Assembly (NCBI RefSeq): GCF_009834535.1
Contig: NC_045696.1
Span: 64,234,001 to 64,298,000 of the forward strand
Length of the DNA stretch: 64,000 bases
Source of the DNA: Camelus ferus
Taxonomy: Eukaryota
Direction of reading: 5' to 3'
Shown: piece after piece, positions 12,694 through 24,949 of the stretch
Layout: each line of letters starts with the position of its first letter
How positions within the stretch are numbered: the first letter of the stretch is position 1
Made by a program: the position numbers and the translations under genes
Notes under the pieces: generated by a model
Database searches by the model: none
What the model was told of the DNA's origin: nothing
Seen by the model: only the letters and a program-made list of their open reading frames with translations

Positions 12694-12962
12694 CTGCTCT
12701 GAAACGCCTTCTCCGTAGCGGAGCAGAGTCACAAAATGCTCACAGTTGTTGACAAACACGTCATACTCCACCTCCTGTCCAATAACAAACTCTGACCTCT
12801 GCATGACCTCCTCCATGGGGAGAGGGGAGTACGTCTCATCGTATTTATTGTTTATTCTGTATGTGTCATTTCCCACAACATCCTTCAAAAGCTGCATCTT
12901 CACCAGGGCCTTTCTGCTGAACACAGACTTGGCGCTTGTGAACGATGCGGGGACGCCATCCT
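12694..12962 (-). CDS. PLAAT1: PLAAT1 second coding exon (catalytic NCEHF motif)
   Basis: Acceptor ccttacag, donor CAG/GTGAGT. 269 nt encoding (E)[14 protein letters not shown]...[20 protein letters not shown], containing the LRAT/NlpC-P60 family NCEHF motif (Cys120). Confidence 0.97.
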
Positions 12963-14729
12963 CTGTAAGGAGAATTCTGGTTAGCAAGATGAAGCAACCC
13001 GGCCCAGGGGACCGCGATGCCTTCCTAACCCATCCTCAAACCAGAACCCACTTTATCTTACTAACCTTAAACACTCGTGCTCTAATTTATCAATCACACT
13101 TGTACAATTCTGTATGAGTGAGAACAGAAGAAAACTTTTTGAAAATGTATATCACTGGGTGTGAAAACTCTACCCATTCTTGAGGAGGAAGCTCTCTCTC
13201 AATTGGTATCATTATTAGGGATCTTGGCGTATGTTTCTAACATAACATGGATAAGATCATTGCCTCCTTTTCTATAAGGCAGCTGCTTTTTCAGCATTTG
13301 AATCCTTTCCAAACTAATACCATTGGGCTTTAGCACTCATCTTGCATCGAAGCCACACTCTTTACCCCCATCTCTGCATTTACACTTGTTCTTTCAACAA
13401 GGCTTCAATTTGAAACTTGCACATGACCCCAGTCTTTTAAGGGGTCAGCTAGGGTCAGCCTGGGGCCCTGCCTTTGTCTTGCTAGTTCTTTGAGCCAAGA
13501 AGCTAAGTCCTAACATTAAACCTAATGCAGTAGACACTGTCCACTGTATGTGGCCCCTTCCAGTGCCCTACCTACCTGTTACAACACCCCATACCCTACC
13601 ATTCCATCTGTATCCTGGCCTGCCGGGGTCGGCATCTGATGCTGGACAAATGATTCCTCAGCGTTCAGCTTTAACGCCAGGCCCCAGGCCCTCTCCATCC
13701 GCTCAAGAATGCTATTCTTGGCCACCGTCCACGTAAAGCATGAGATGAAGGGTCTCTGTATAACCAGCGTTTAAACACGTTTTCTTTCCACTCCTCTTTT
13801 TTTTCTATCCTCCAAACTCCTTTTCACTGGAGCGGCATTTCCAGGTAATACCTAACACATTGAAAGTTCTTCCATATTACAAGTTCATAGGACACATATA
13901 TTCTAGTTAGAATCACTAAGCTTCTTTTTTTGACTAGTTTGACGCAATCAATAGACAGATGAGAAAATTGAAGCTTGGGGAGATAAAGTGGTCTACAGAA
14001 TATCTTATGAGTAATTAACAGAAGTGCGATTTTAATTTCAGTCTACAAGATCAAAGCTCAGTGCTAGAACCACATTAATGTGCAGCTAGACGTGAAAATA
14101 AGGAAACAGGACAGAAACCTCATATAATTTTCCAAATGTGAAAACTGCAGAGATAATGTAAAGAACTGCTTCTTGCTAATCACTAGACTCTGCAGAATGA
14201 GCGGTTCTGTATCATAAATGTTGTTTTAGTCACAATTTCCATTTCCAGAATTGTAGAATAAGAGGCAGATATCTCAAGATATTGCAAAAATCATTTCATT
14301 AAAAATTCTCAGCTCTCAAGATAGTAAGACTTAGGCTTATAAACACATTTTTAAAAAGCATCTCAAGGAAAAATATGCTCTAGTCTATTTGTTATTTGCA
14401 TACATTTTTTTCTTAATTTGTGCTCATTTCTAAACATCTAGAAAATACAGAAAAATACAGCATAAACACATAAATATGAATCACCCATTATCCTGCCACC
14501 CAGAAATAATTACGATTATTATTTTGATGTACTTCTATTGTCTTTTAGTATCACATGTATGTGTGCGTGTATGTGTGTATTCACATGTAGGTGTAGATAT
14601 ATATGATTTCTTTGCAAACCGGGTATCATATTACAGAATGCCTTTTTAGTCTGGAATTTTCAAATAACTATCACACAAGACCATCTTGCATGCAATTAAA
14701 AATGTCTAGAAATGATTTTTAGCTCTTAA

Positions 14730-15200
14730 AGGAGCTACTGTTTTTGTCTACCTAGCACCTATCTTAATACCACTTCTTTCTTTCTGGAAAAGACTTTGTC
14801 TAGGACACTCAGACTATCCCATTCTCATGGGCACAGTGATGGTTCAGTGAGGGACATGGGACCCACACTGGACAATTACAGAGTCATTCTCCGTGATTTT
14901 TCTAACTGCAACAGGCAAGAATTCGCTCTCTCCTGTTGAGACTATAAGTATGAGAGCCGAAGGATGCTTATGGTCAACAATTCGGCTTCTTAGAGCGACG
15001 TAGCCTGGAATAATGAAGACAAGATATAGAAAAGAATGCAGACATGGGGTGAAGAGCTGTGACAGTGTTCAAACTCCTGGATCCAGGCATCTCTACCCTT
15101 TCTGTAGTTTCCTTCGGTGAGGCAATGAATCTGCCTCTTTGTTTAAGCTAATTTGAATTTGATTTATGTTACTTGCAACTAAAATATTCTGCCAGACACA
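14730..15200 (+). mobile_element. MaLR (MLT1-type) LTR
   Basis: Ends with gtttaagcta...ttacttgcaactaaaa...aca, typical of old MLT1 LTRs. Confidence 0.6.
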
Positions 15201-15739
15201 GATACCTAATATTCTGTGGCTAAATCATAATTCATTTCACCATTTCCTCACTGAACATTAATCCATTGTCTATTTTTGTAACCATTATAAATGAGATAGA
15301 AGGGAACACTCCCATACGCAAATGTTAAAGAAACATCTCTAAAAATATTTCCCAAGAATGGATTAGTAGAAATAAAAGTACAAGGTCAGAGCATACGAAT
15401 TTCTTTAAGACTCAATACATATTATTAAAGCGTTATTGTGAACGATTTTATCAAGTTATATTTCTATCAACAATATCCTTGTGTTCACTTCATTGTATCT
15501 TTATCAACACTGATTGTTAACCAAATTGTTGAACTTTGCTAACATGAGAGGCACAAAACCTGTCATTTTATTTTATAACTCTTAAATGACTAAAAAGTTG
15601 AAACCTTTTAAAATGGGTTTGGGTGTTTGCTTTTCACGTTTTAAAGACTGTTCACAATTTTTAACCCATTCGTTTGTTGGGATTCAGGTGTTTGCTGTCC
15701 CCTCAGCCTAAGAAACTCTTTCCTCAAACAGCACGTCCT

Positions 15740-16045
15740 GGGTTTCCTTGCCTCTTTCAAGCTGTTTCTCCAATGTTATTTTCCCATGAGATTTTCCTGC
15801 CCAGCTCATTTAAAACTACAGCACTCCACAACCCCCCAGCATGTCCTATCCTGCTCCTATGACTTATTTTCTCCACATCACTTATCTCTAATCTAACATT
15901 GCTTTCCGTATTTGGTTTATGGTCTCTCTCTCTCTCCTTCCACTAGAATGTAAGCCCCTCTGTGCAGGGAGACTTACGTATCCCCCGCATCTAGAACAGC
16001 ATTCGGCACATACTGGGAAATTCAAAAACAGATGTTGATGAATTG
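15740..16045 (+). mobile_element. L2 3' end
   Basis: ccactagaatgtaagc...tctagaacag...ggcacata...gttgatgaat matches the L2 terminus. Confidence 0.65.
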
Positions 16046-16368
16046 AAATAATCTACTTGTATGATGTAGAAAGACACTGACTCTTGTCATGTTTGTGGTA
16101 AATATTTCCCCCAGCTGATTATTTACTTTTTAATTGTGGGTTTTTTTTTTTAATACAAAGTGTTTAAAATGTCAACTGTAACTGGCTTTTGGGATTTCTT
16201 CAATGCCACTTTCGTCTTAGAATGTCCTTCCGTAACCCTAGATCAGCTGGATTTACCGACTTTTTACATTTTATCTCTAGTTTGTTTTACTTTATGATTT
16301 TTTTCACGATGCCTTCTTATGACAAGAAAACGAAAAAGCTCTCATGGGCTTCTGGAAACAAACCTTAC

Positions 16369-16507
16369 CTAGAGGAGCGATGTTGATAACATACCCATCA
16401 CCCAAGTACAGCGCCCAGTGCTGATAGCCAGGACGGAACACTTCAATCAAGTCCCCTGGCTGAGGGTTGCCAGGATAGCTCAAACTAAAGCAATCATTAA
16501 ACGCCAT
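16369..16507 (-). CDS. PLAAT1: PLAAT1 first coding exon
   Basis: Acceptor ttgcag directly followed by ATG, donor G/GTAAGG. 139 nt encoding [46 protein letters not shown], with His30 and the PLAAT1-specific Asn42. The three exons total 510 nt = 169 aa plus stop. Confidence 0.97.
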
Positions 16508-17176
16508 CTGCAATGACAGATACAAAGAAGATCTAGCTGATATGACTCGTCAAAAGAAAATCAGTTTAAGATTTCCATAGAAACATAAGAATAGAGAATT
16601 TACTGGGATTGCGTTCCTTATTAAGACTTAGATTCACACCACCGTCCTTTTCTTTGAATGATTCCAACACTGAATTTTGTGTGCACATGTGGACAAGTAA
16701 AGAATTTGTCTGTTGCTTAATTTTCTACAGCAATGCTTCTCATACTGATTAACCCCAGGGTGCCTTTATTATAATAAGCATTTATAATTCTTTCTTTAAA
16801 TCCAGAAGTTCATGGATAATATAATTTACCTATACACTAAATTTCAAATGTTAATATGATGTCCTATTTGGAATAGAAAGAGGAAGCCAATTTATAAAAA
16901 TACTTGTTTTACTATGTAAATGCTCAGTCTATGACTACACAAAAAATATAATAAAGCACACTGCATGAAAAGGTCAGGATTCAGAAGTAAATCAGAAGTT
17001 TTTCAGCCTTTCATATAGCAGCATAGTAAAATCAAAGAGCAGAGGTATGAATAGACACTAATATTCTGCGCAAAAAAAAAAAAAAACTTTGTATTGCAAA
17101 ACTTACTCTGTTCTTTAATTTAAGCACATATAAGTTCCAGGCTCAGATGAGTGGCCAGCCAAGTATCCAAGCATAC

Positions 17177-17829
17177 TGTAGGACACAGGACCTTTCTTCC
17201 TTGCGCCAAACTGTGCTGTGCAGCTACAGGGACCCTGACCTCCCCCTGAAACCGTATACAAGCCTGTGTCCCTGTCCTTTGTAGTAAAAGGCTTTTGCTT
17301 TAGTCTCCCAGCCCTCCCCTGAGTCTCAAAAGGCTGAGCCAAGAGTTAACGATTAGGAAATGTGAAGAGGTGGAAACAAAGGATAGCTGTTGGGAAATAG
17401 GTAACAATTTAGACTATAAATCAGACACCTAGCAGAGTCACCTAACTCCTAGTTCCCTGAAAGATATAAATGTCTGACACACATTGCAAAGTTGTTTTTA
17501 CAGGAAGCAGACCCCCATCAGTAAAAACTGCTGACCTGGAGCACGGAAATCCCCAGACCAACTGAAACCAAATTAATGATGTTCAAGACTTCACTTTGAT
17601 GCCAACCAATCTGAGAATTGAGCACAGGCTGATCACATACCCTGTGGTCCCCTCCCTCACATTGCCCTTAAAAACCCTTCTCTGAAAGCCATGGAGGATG
17701 CTGGGTCTTTTGAGAATAAGCTGCCCACTCTCCTTGCTTGGTGCCTGCAATAAATACTGTATTTTCCTTCACCACAACCCGGTGTCAGTAGATGGCTTTG
17801 CTGCGCACCCAAATCCAGGTTGGGTGACA
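17177..17829 (+). mobile_element. Near full-length ERV1-like solo LTR in PLAAT1 intron 1 (antisense to the gene)
   Basis: TG...CA ends, TATA-like cttaaaaaccc near 17668, AATAAA at 17749-17754, U5-like tail. No clean TSD seen. Confidence 0.75.
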
Positions 17830-18755
17830 TGCCTATTAAACACCAGTAAATGCCCTTTGTCATTGTGACATCACAAACACCCCACAGATTTCCACCACTC
17901 CCTAACTGCCCCACTTAATGTCTGATCTCATTTGTGATTCCTGAAACAGTGCAAGGTGGTTGATGCAGACGGGGGATGAACATAACAACTTGGAAGGTTG
18001 GGGAGTTCACCATATTGATGAATTTGTCTGAAAATTCTCAGTTTGGTGAAATTTTTCCCTTTTAAATCAATCCTTTTTAGAAAGAACACATAAGTCCCTG
18101 ATGGAACATTACATTTTCTATGTGTAGCATCAAAGTAGAATGACTCAGCAAGAGGAAGTTGTGTCCATTCACTGATAATCAAAAGGAGATGTCGTGCTAT
18201 GTCCATGTTGAATATCTAATTGACAACAGAGTGTTTCCCAGCATCTCTCACTCTAATGTAGATACGTTCACTCATTTACAAAATAAATCCCAGTGCCAGA
18301 AAAGGAAACTTCCAAATCATCTAAATTCTAATTATAATAGCATAGGCTAAGGGCTTGGGAATACAGATTATCGTTTTCCTGGCATGCTAAAAGTCTTTTT
18401 TACAACAATTAATATAGGGAGGGTGTTTTCCCAAGTTATTCGTATGCCATCTGTTGAAAACTTCAATCATCATACTGTCACAGAAATGAGGCCAAAATGT
18501 AAGCTGTCCATCTGTCGAAAAATAACTACTAAAACAACTTTATGGAAACCATTAAGTCTAACCACCCTCTCAGATATGTTTGAGTCTTATTAATATAGCA
18601 GTTCACAATTTGGCCACATGGGCACTAAAAGGAAAAATAGATACTATACTATGATATAAACAAACACAATTCCCATGAATAGGAATCAGCAAGTACACAC
18701 AGCTGCTGGCTAGCATTCAGAAACCTAGCCAAGCTTACAATAATAACCACCACGT

Positions 18756-18870
18756 GGGGGAAGGTACGGCTCAAGTGGCAGAGCAGCATGCACGAGGTCC
18801 TGGGTTCAATCCCCAGTATCTCTCCTAAGCATAAACAAATAAACCCAATGCCCCCCCCACAAAAAACAAC
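18756..18870 (+). mobile_element. tRNA-derived SINE, camelid Vic-1-like
   Basis: GGGG start, A-box-like ggctcaagtgg, B-box-like ggttcaatccc, A-rich tail. TSD aataaccaccac(g/a)t at 18742-18755 and 18871-18884. Confidence 0.85.
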
Positions 18871-19206
18871 AATAACCACCACATAACAGAGAGCGTTTTT
18901 GCAGTATAACTTTTTTTTCTCAGATGCACTATCTCAATTAACCCTAATTCATTCTTTAAAAGCCTACCATGATTTGAGTTTAGTATGTTATTATCCCATT
19001 TTACAGATAAGAAGTGATAGTAGCAAATGCCAACTTTTGGAAAATATCCACAGAAACCCTTATATTATAAAATACAGAAGAAAGAATAACTGGGCTACGT
19101 GTGAAAGATATGAGCTCTAATCTCAGGTCTTCCCCTGCCTACTTCTGTCACTCTGAGAAAGGCAAAATGCCTGAGTCTCAGTTTATATTCCTAAGAATAT
19201 AGGACA

Positions 19207-19590
19207 AAGTGAAGTAAGTCAGAAAGAGAAAGACAAATATGATATCACTTACATGTGGAATCTAAAAAAAAAAAATGACACAAATAAACTTATTTACAAA
19301 ACAGACTCACAGACACAGAAAACAAATGTATGGTTACCAAATGGGAAGGTGTACAGGGAGGGATCAATTAGGAGTTTGGGCCTGCAGATACAAACTACTA
19401 TATATAAAATAGATAAACGAAAGGACCTACTGTATAGCACAGGGAACTATATTTAAATATCTTGTGATAATTTATAATGAAAAAGAATATATGTGTGTAT
19501 ATATATATAAATGTGTATCTGAATCACTATGGTGTACACCAGAAACTAACTCAACATTGTAAATCAACTATACCTCAATAAAAAAATAAT
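19207..19590 (+). mobile_element. L1 3' end (artiodactyl/camelid type)
   Basis: aagtgaagtaagtcagaaagagaaagacaaa...ctgtatagcacagggaactata...caacattgtaaatcaactatacctcaataaaaaa. Confidence 0.88.
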
Positions 19591-20384
19591 AATATTGAAC
19601 TGAACTGTTTATCTCGAAAAGCTGTTGTTAAGTAACCTTTCATGAACTGGCTAGAAGCTGATGCAGTGCTTTGTGAGCTGGCCAGAGCAGGGAGATGGTG
19701 GATGGCAGGGAGAGGTGGCTGTTTGTAAAGGCTGAGCGATGGGTTCATGGCTTACATGTGGCTTTAGTTCCTTATCCTCACTTTCAACCACAACAATTCT
19801 GTGGAATAGATGATTCCACTGGAAATTTTTAATATATAAAACACATTTAAAATTCTGACATATCGTTTGCAAATCGACTTATGAAATGTAAGTGAGTTGA
19901 TTTCATGAAACCCATTATACTTATAAAGAGGAATGGCTGAGTCACAAGGAAAACTTCTCAAATGCATAACCTCTCAAGAAATTAAGGGAGAAGCATGAAG
20001 GCTAATGTGGAAGGGAAGAAGCTGATCTCTGACACCAAACACTTAGAATCACAGCAATTTACTGCAAAAAGGGACTTCAGATATTACCTAATCCACTGAC
20101 CTCCACACTTGTTTTTAGCAGTGGGGTCCTGTATCAAACCAGATATTAGATGGACCCACAAAAAAATATAAAAACTATAAAACAGCCCAGTCCTGGACAG
20201 CGTCAGGGAAGGGCGTGAGAGCCCCATCTGCTCCTCACTGCTGCTGCCTGAGGGCCCAGGACTTCTAGGCCTGGAGATTGAATAACACCCATCTAGTCCT
20301 GGTCCAACCCTCCCATTCTTGAAACAAAGGGAACAGAGCCAGGCAGGTGATTTGAGTTGCCCAAGGTCACAGGCTATTTTTAAA

Positions 20385-21680
20385 AAGATTTTCAACAAAT
20401 GGTGATGGAACAGTTAGAATTACAGTGGGTTGGCGGGGGAATAACCTCAACCCATGTCTCACACCTCCTTAATCAAAAAGTAATTCAAAATAGATCATGG
20501 ACTTAAATATAAAATGTAAAACTATAAAACACAAAGGAGAAAAACACATAGGGTCCTCAGGATCCAGGGTGAATAAAGGGTTCGTTAGACTTGATACAAA
20601 AAGTACTATCCATGAAAGAAAAAAACCAACAATTCGACATCCTCAAAATTTAAAACTTTTGCAGCACGAAAGACCCTGTTAGAAGGACAAAAAGACAAGC
20701 TACAGAGTGGGAGAAAATATTTGAAAATGACATATCCAAGAAAGGACCAGTATCGAGAACACAGAAAGAACTCTCAACACTCAGCAATTAAAAGCAAGGA
20801 ATATAATTAGAACTTGAGGAAAAGACACAAAGACACATTTTATCAAACAGGAGTCACAGATATCAGTAAGCCAGGTTAAACATTGTTAGCTTTTAGGACA
20901 ATGCAGATTAAAACCACGACAGCACTGCACATCTATCATAATAGGTAAAATAAAACTCGGGGACCACAGAAAATGCTGGCAAGGCTGTGGAGCTAGTGAT
21001 AATATAAAATGCTTCAGCCACTCGGGAAGCAGTCTGGGAATTTCTTTAAACACTTAACTTGTAACTACCATGTGATCCAGCAATTGTGGTCCTAGGCATT
21101 TATCCCGGAGACTGAAGACAATGAAGACTTATTCACACAAAACCTGTCCACAGATTTTGCAGCATAATAACCCCAAAGTGGAAACTACTCAGATGACCTT
21201 CAGTGGGTGAACATCAAACTGGGGTACAGCCATACCATGGAATGCTAAGTAACAAACTACTGATAAATCCAACAACGCAACCAGGGGGATTCTCCAGAGG
21301 ATTATGCGGAGTGAAAAGAGCCAATGACGTGCCATGTTATGCATAGGATCCCGTTTATACAGCATTCTGACCTGACCAAATGGTAGAAATGGAGAATAAA
21401 TAGTGGCTGTCAGGGATCAAGGAAGTAGTAAGAAGGAAGTGGGTGTGACTATAAAAAGACAGCATATGAGAGATTCTAGATGTGGTGGAAATGTTCTGTC
21501 TCCCCGTGGAGTCCATGTCAGTAACCTGTTTGTGATATCATTGTGTGGTTTTGTAAGATGTTACCATTGCGGGAAACTGGGTAAAGGTACAAGGGATCTC
21601 TCTGTATTATTTCTTATGAGTGCATGTGAATCTAAAATTACCTTTTAATTAAAATAAAAATTTTCATTAAAAAATAAAGA
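20385..21680 (+). mobile_element. Old L1 (L1MC-like) ORF2 end and 3' UTR
   Basis: ttttcaacaaatggtg...aaaagacaagctacagagtgggagaaaatattt...ggaaactgggtaaaggtac...gcatgtgaatcta. Confidence 0.85.
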
Positions 21681-21939
21681 TCGATATATATTTTTTTCTA
21701 CAGAGCACAGAAGAGGATCAACACATGGAAGTTACATTGAGGCAGATTTTAGCTGTCTATGAGGAAAATTTTTTCTTTTATTGAAGGTGATCCAACAACG
21801 GAATGGAGGCCCTGGTACAGATAGCAGTCTCCAGTCAGGGTTGATGAAAGTAAGACTCCCATGGCGCTGGGTGGGGGCGCTGTAAGCGAGAGGAGGCCTT
21901 CTAAGGTCCCTTTCACCTCCCGGGTTCTCTCACTTTGTA

Positions 21940-22380
21940 TCTCAGGACCTGTACCAGGTGTGATCCTTGAACCAACACCACAAAGTAATACAATTATTTC
22001 TCCCATCTTAAAGATGAGGAACCTGACGTTCACAGTGGTTCAGGGATCACCCAAAGTCACACAGTGGGAAAGGGCAGAATCTACTTCTGGACTCAGGTTG
22101 CCCTACCTCCAAAGGCAGGCTCCTCGTCCTAACTGCTTGTCTCCTAGAGCACTATACCACCTCCCTTGCTGACATTTCTACAGCCCTGCTTGCACGCTGT
22201 TAGACTGTGTAACAACTGTGAGCTGATTATTATGATCACCATTTTACAGATGAGGAGACTGAGGCTCAGATGAATTGTGTCAGAGCTAAAGTCACAGAGG
22301 TGGTACGTGACAGAACTAGAATTCAATTCCAAGTCTGTCTTCTTACTCCAGACTGTACGCTCCTTCTTGACACCACTGAT
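21940..22380 (-). mobile_element. Two adjacent MIR remnants
   Basis: Reverse MIR cores cccatcttaaagatgaggaacctga (near 22003) and cattttacagatgaggagactgaggctcaga (near 22240). Confidence 0.7.
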
Positions 22381-23989
22381 TAACATGTTTAACCAAAGGA
22401 ATCACTACTAAACAATATTTCATCTTTTCCCTCTTCTCAAATATTCATTAGACGGGGAAGCTGCAAAAGCATCCTAAATGTACATTTCATAAGCCAATAC
22501 AGGAAGTTTTTAAACATTTATATGTAGGACTAGGGAGTAACAGGAAGTGGAGTGTTGGGGGAAACACTTCCTCTTCTCCTGCAGGGAAGGGGTGGAGATG
22601 GGGCCAGAAGTATTTAGACGGTTCCCAGACTCATACCTTAGGAAAATGGCTAAAACCTGTCTGCTTGGGTGATTTGATTTACATGGATATCTACTCATTT
22701 CATTCAAGCACAAGTATGTCATGTAGGGCTTCATAAACAAGATAGCACAGAGCCAATTAAAGATACATTTGTAAGTCCTCTGCAGAAATCTCTCTGTGTC
22801 ACCTTTAAGGTAGAAACACTTCATTTTAGTTCATCTTCACAGAAATGTTTGACTAGTTTAAAACAAAGAGTGACATGAAGGTAAGTCTGTAATCTGTGTA
22901 CAAGAAATTTCTCATTTCAGACGCCAAAACAAGCTGCCCGGTTTACGGTTCCCTGTTGGTCCCTGGGGATGCATCAAAAGAAATAACTGTAACCTGTACA
23001 GATAGGGACAGGCTGATTAACTGCTGCTCGGGTCCACGTGTTACAAGAATACTAAGAGCACTTTTTCACAAACTACTCCCAAGGATGCTATTGGCAGTCT
23101 GAAACACGATCACTGGCTATCCCTATAGTCCAACAGTCTCCCAATTCAATTTGGACTCTTTCCCACTCCAGCTGCATTTGTCATCCATAGCCCTGGCCAC
23201 ACTGAGATGGCTCTATGAACCCCTGTGCTCCCAGATCAGGCTAATTCACAGACCCTCAGAGCTGCAAGGATCCTTGGTCCAACATCCTTTCCCTACAGCG
23301 GAGGGATCCAGCTCCCAGCCAGGTGAACCATCCTCAGCCACTGCACTGTCGTTCCCAGCTTGAAACCCCTCCCAGGCTCCCACTCCTGACTCCCCATCTC
23401 TCCCCCTCTGTAATCCTGGCCTCCCTATTCATCCCCACATTCTAGGCAAACCAAGCTATTATTCTTCAGTCTCACCTGCAGCTGTGTTGCTAATACTATA
23501 CCGAACCTTCTACCTGGAATGCGCCACCCATTTCCAAATGCCCCCAAATGACCCGCTCTTAAAGATCTAGATCAGATATCACCAAGGTCTTCCTCCAGTC
23601 AGCCAGCAGTGACACAGAAGTGAGTCACCAGTGCTCCATTATCTTTCTAATGCCCATGGCGTTTCCTACACCTGTGTCAGCTACTGGTGTCTGGGGGTTT
23701 TCTCTTTTGCTCCATATGGAGGGCTGGTGCTTGTTTATCTCTACACCTTCCGTTTGCTGCAGAGTACCTGGCACAAATAACCACAGAGCTAATGTTTAAT
23801 GAATTAAGTAATGAGGATCCAAGCCCAGGAGGACAGAGTGGCTGGGTTTTTCCAGCACAGAAATCATACTAATAGTTCTGAACGCCAAAGTGATATCACC
23901 ATTCATAGTTCCAAAATCTAATATCTTATAATGATAAATAGTTGTATTATGATTATTCATATTCATTTCAATAAGGAGAGTGGATAAAA

Positions 23990-24130
23990 AGCCTTGATAA
24001 GAAAGGCCCAGTACCCCAGTCCAGTTCTGCCACTGGATAGCTGTGTGACTTAGGAAAGTCTCTCCCTATGGACTTGGTTCCCTTATTTGTAAAAAGAGGG
24101 ATATGAGTCAAATTAGATGCTCTCCACTGG
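23990..24130 (+). mobile_element. MIR remnant
   Basis: gttctgccactggatagctgtgtgacttaggaaagtc...cttatttgtaaaa. Confidence 0.6.
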
Positions 24131-24229
24131 TCCTCGGGGCTCTCTCATTGGACAGTCGGCTCAGCAAGGCTGTCTGGGAGCCTAGAGTCCTCCCTCCCCA
24201 TCTCCTGCACACCTCACTCTGAAGCCTGG

Positions 24230-24700
24230 CTTGTCCTCCCCCGCCGGTGGCAGCGGCGGGGGTCCCGGGTGGCGCCGGCCTCCCAGCTGCAGACCCTCCC
24301 GCTAGCGCTAGCGGCCGCGGGCCGACTCCATCTGCTCCCGGAGGAGGGCCAGGCGGCGGCGGCCGACTACTGGTTACCCAGGGCCGCCCTGCAGCGCCAA
24401 CGCCAGTCCCGCCGCGCGGAGCCACCCCGGCGCCCTAATGCTGCTGCGCACGCGCGCGGCTCCTGCCGCCCCGGCCGGGGTACGCGCCACCGCCGGGGAT
24501 CCTCCGCCTGCCTGCCCCCATTCCGCACACACCTCCGTCCCGTGTGCATCTCGAGGAGCACCCACAGGACACCTGCCCTCCACCGGTACTGACACAGCAC
24601 ACAAACCCAACCGCCCAAGCGCAGCCCCAGCGCAGTAACTAACCAAGGACACCCCTCCCTGCCACTGGGACGTTCGCCGCGCTGGTGCACTTAACTCGTC
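24230..24700 (-). promoter_or_regulatory. PLAAT1: CpG island: PLAAT1 promoter and exon 1
   Basis: The only GC/CpG-dense block in the window, about 8 kb upstream of the first coding exon. Candidate donor TGG/GTAACC at 24378/24377, NRF1-like TGCGCACGCGCG at 24445-24456. Exact TSS and donor are not determinable from sequence. Confidence 0.85.
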
Positions 24701-24949
24701 TTGCTGAGCTCAGAAATGTTCCTGAACATGCATACAGACTGCATCCACTAGAAGTGCTCTCCCTTCCAGGTCCACACAAATTCCTTTAAGGCGGCAGAAA
24801 GGATCTTGGTCCCTGTGTCCCCAAGAAAGCCTCTCAGTCTTAGCTGAGGTAGGAGGAAGGACTGGCCTTAAAAACACTCCCGGCTTCCCACCACCACACA
24901 CCTACAAAATGTGTGCTCGTGAGCCCGATCCAGCTCCCAGGTCTGTAGG

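Noticed and set aside
12746..13117. 123-aa plus-strand ORF
   Set aside because: Antisense shadow of the PLAAT1 catalytic exon.
16304..16525. ORF-track start MYLSLQ and tail GKVCFQ...
   Set aside because: These parts are intronic. The real exon is 16507-16369, bounded by canonical splice sites.
18756..18825. Possible tRNA gene
   Set aside because: It cannot form a full cloverleaf and has an A-rich tail and TSD, so it is a SINE.
24247..24638. Plus-strand Pro/Ala/Gly/Arg-rich ORFs in the CpG island
   Set aside because: Stop-codon scarcity is expected in GC-rich DNA, and no downstream plus-strand exons were found.
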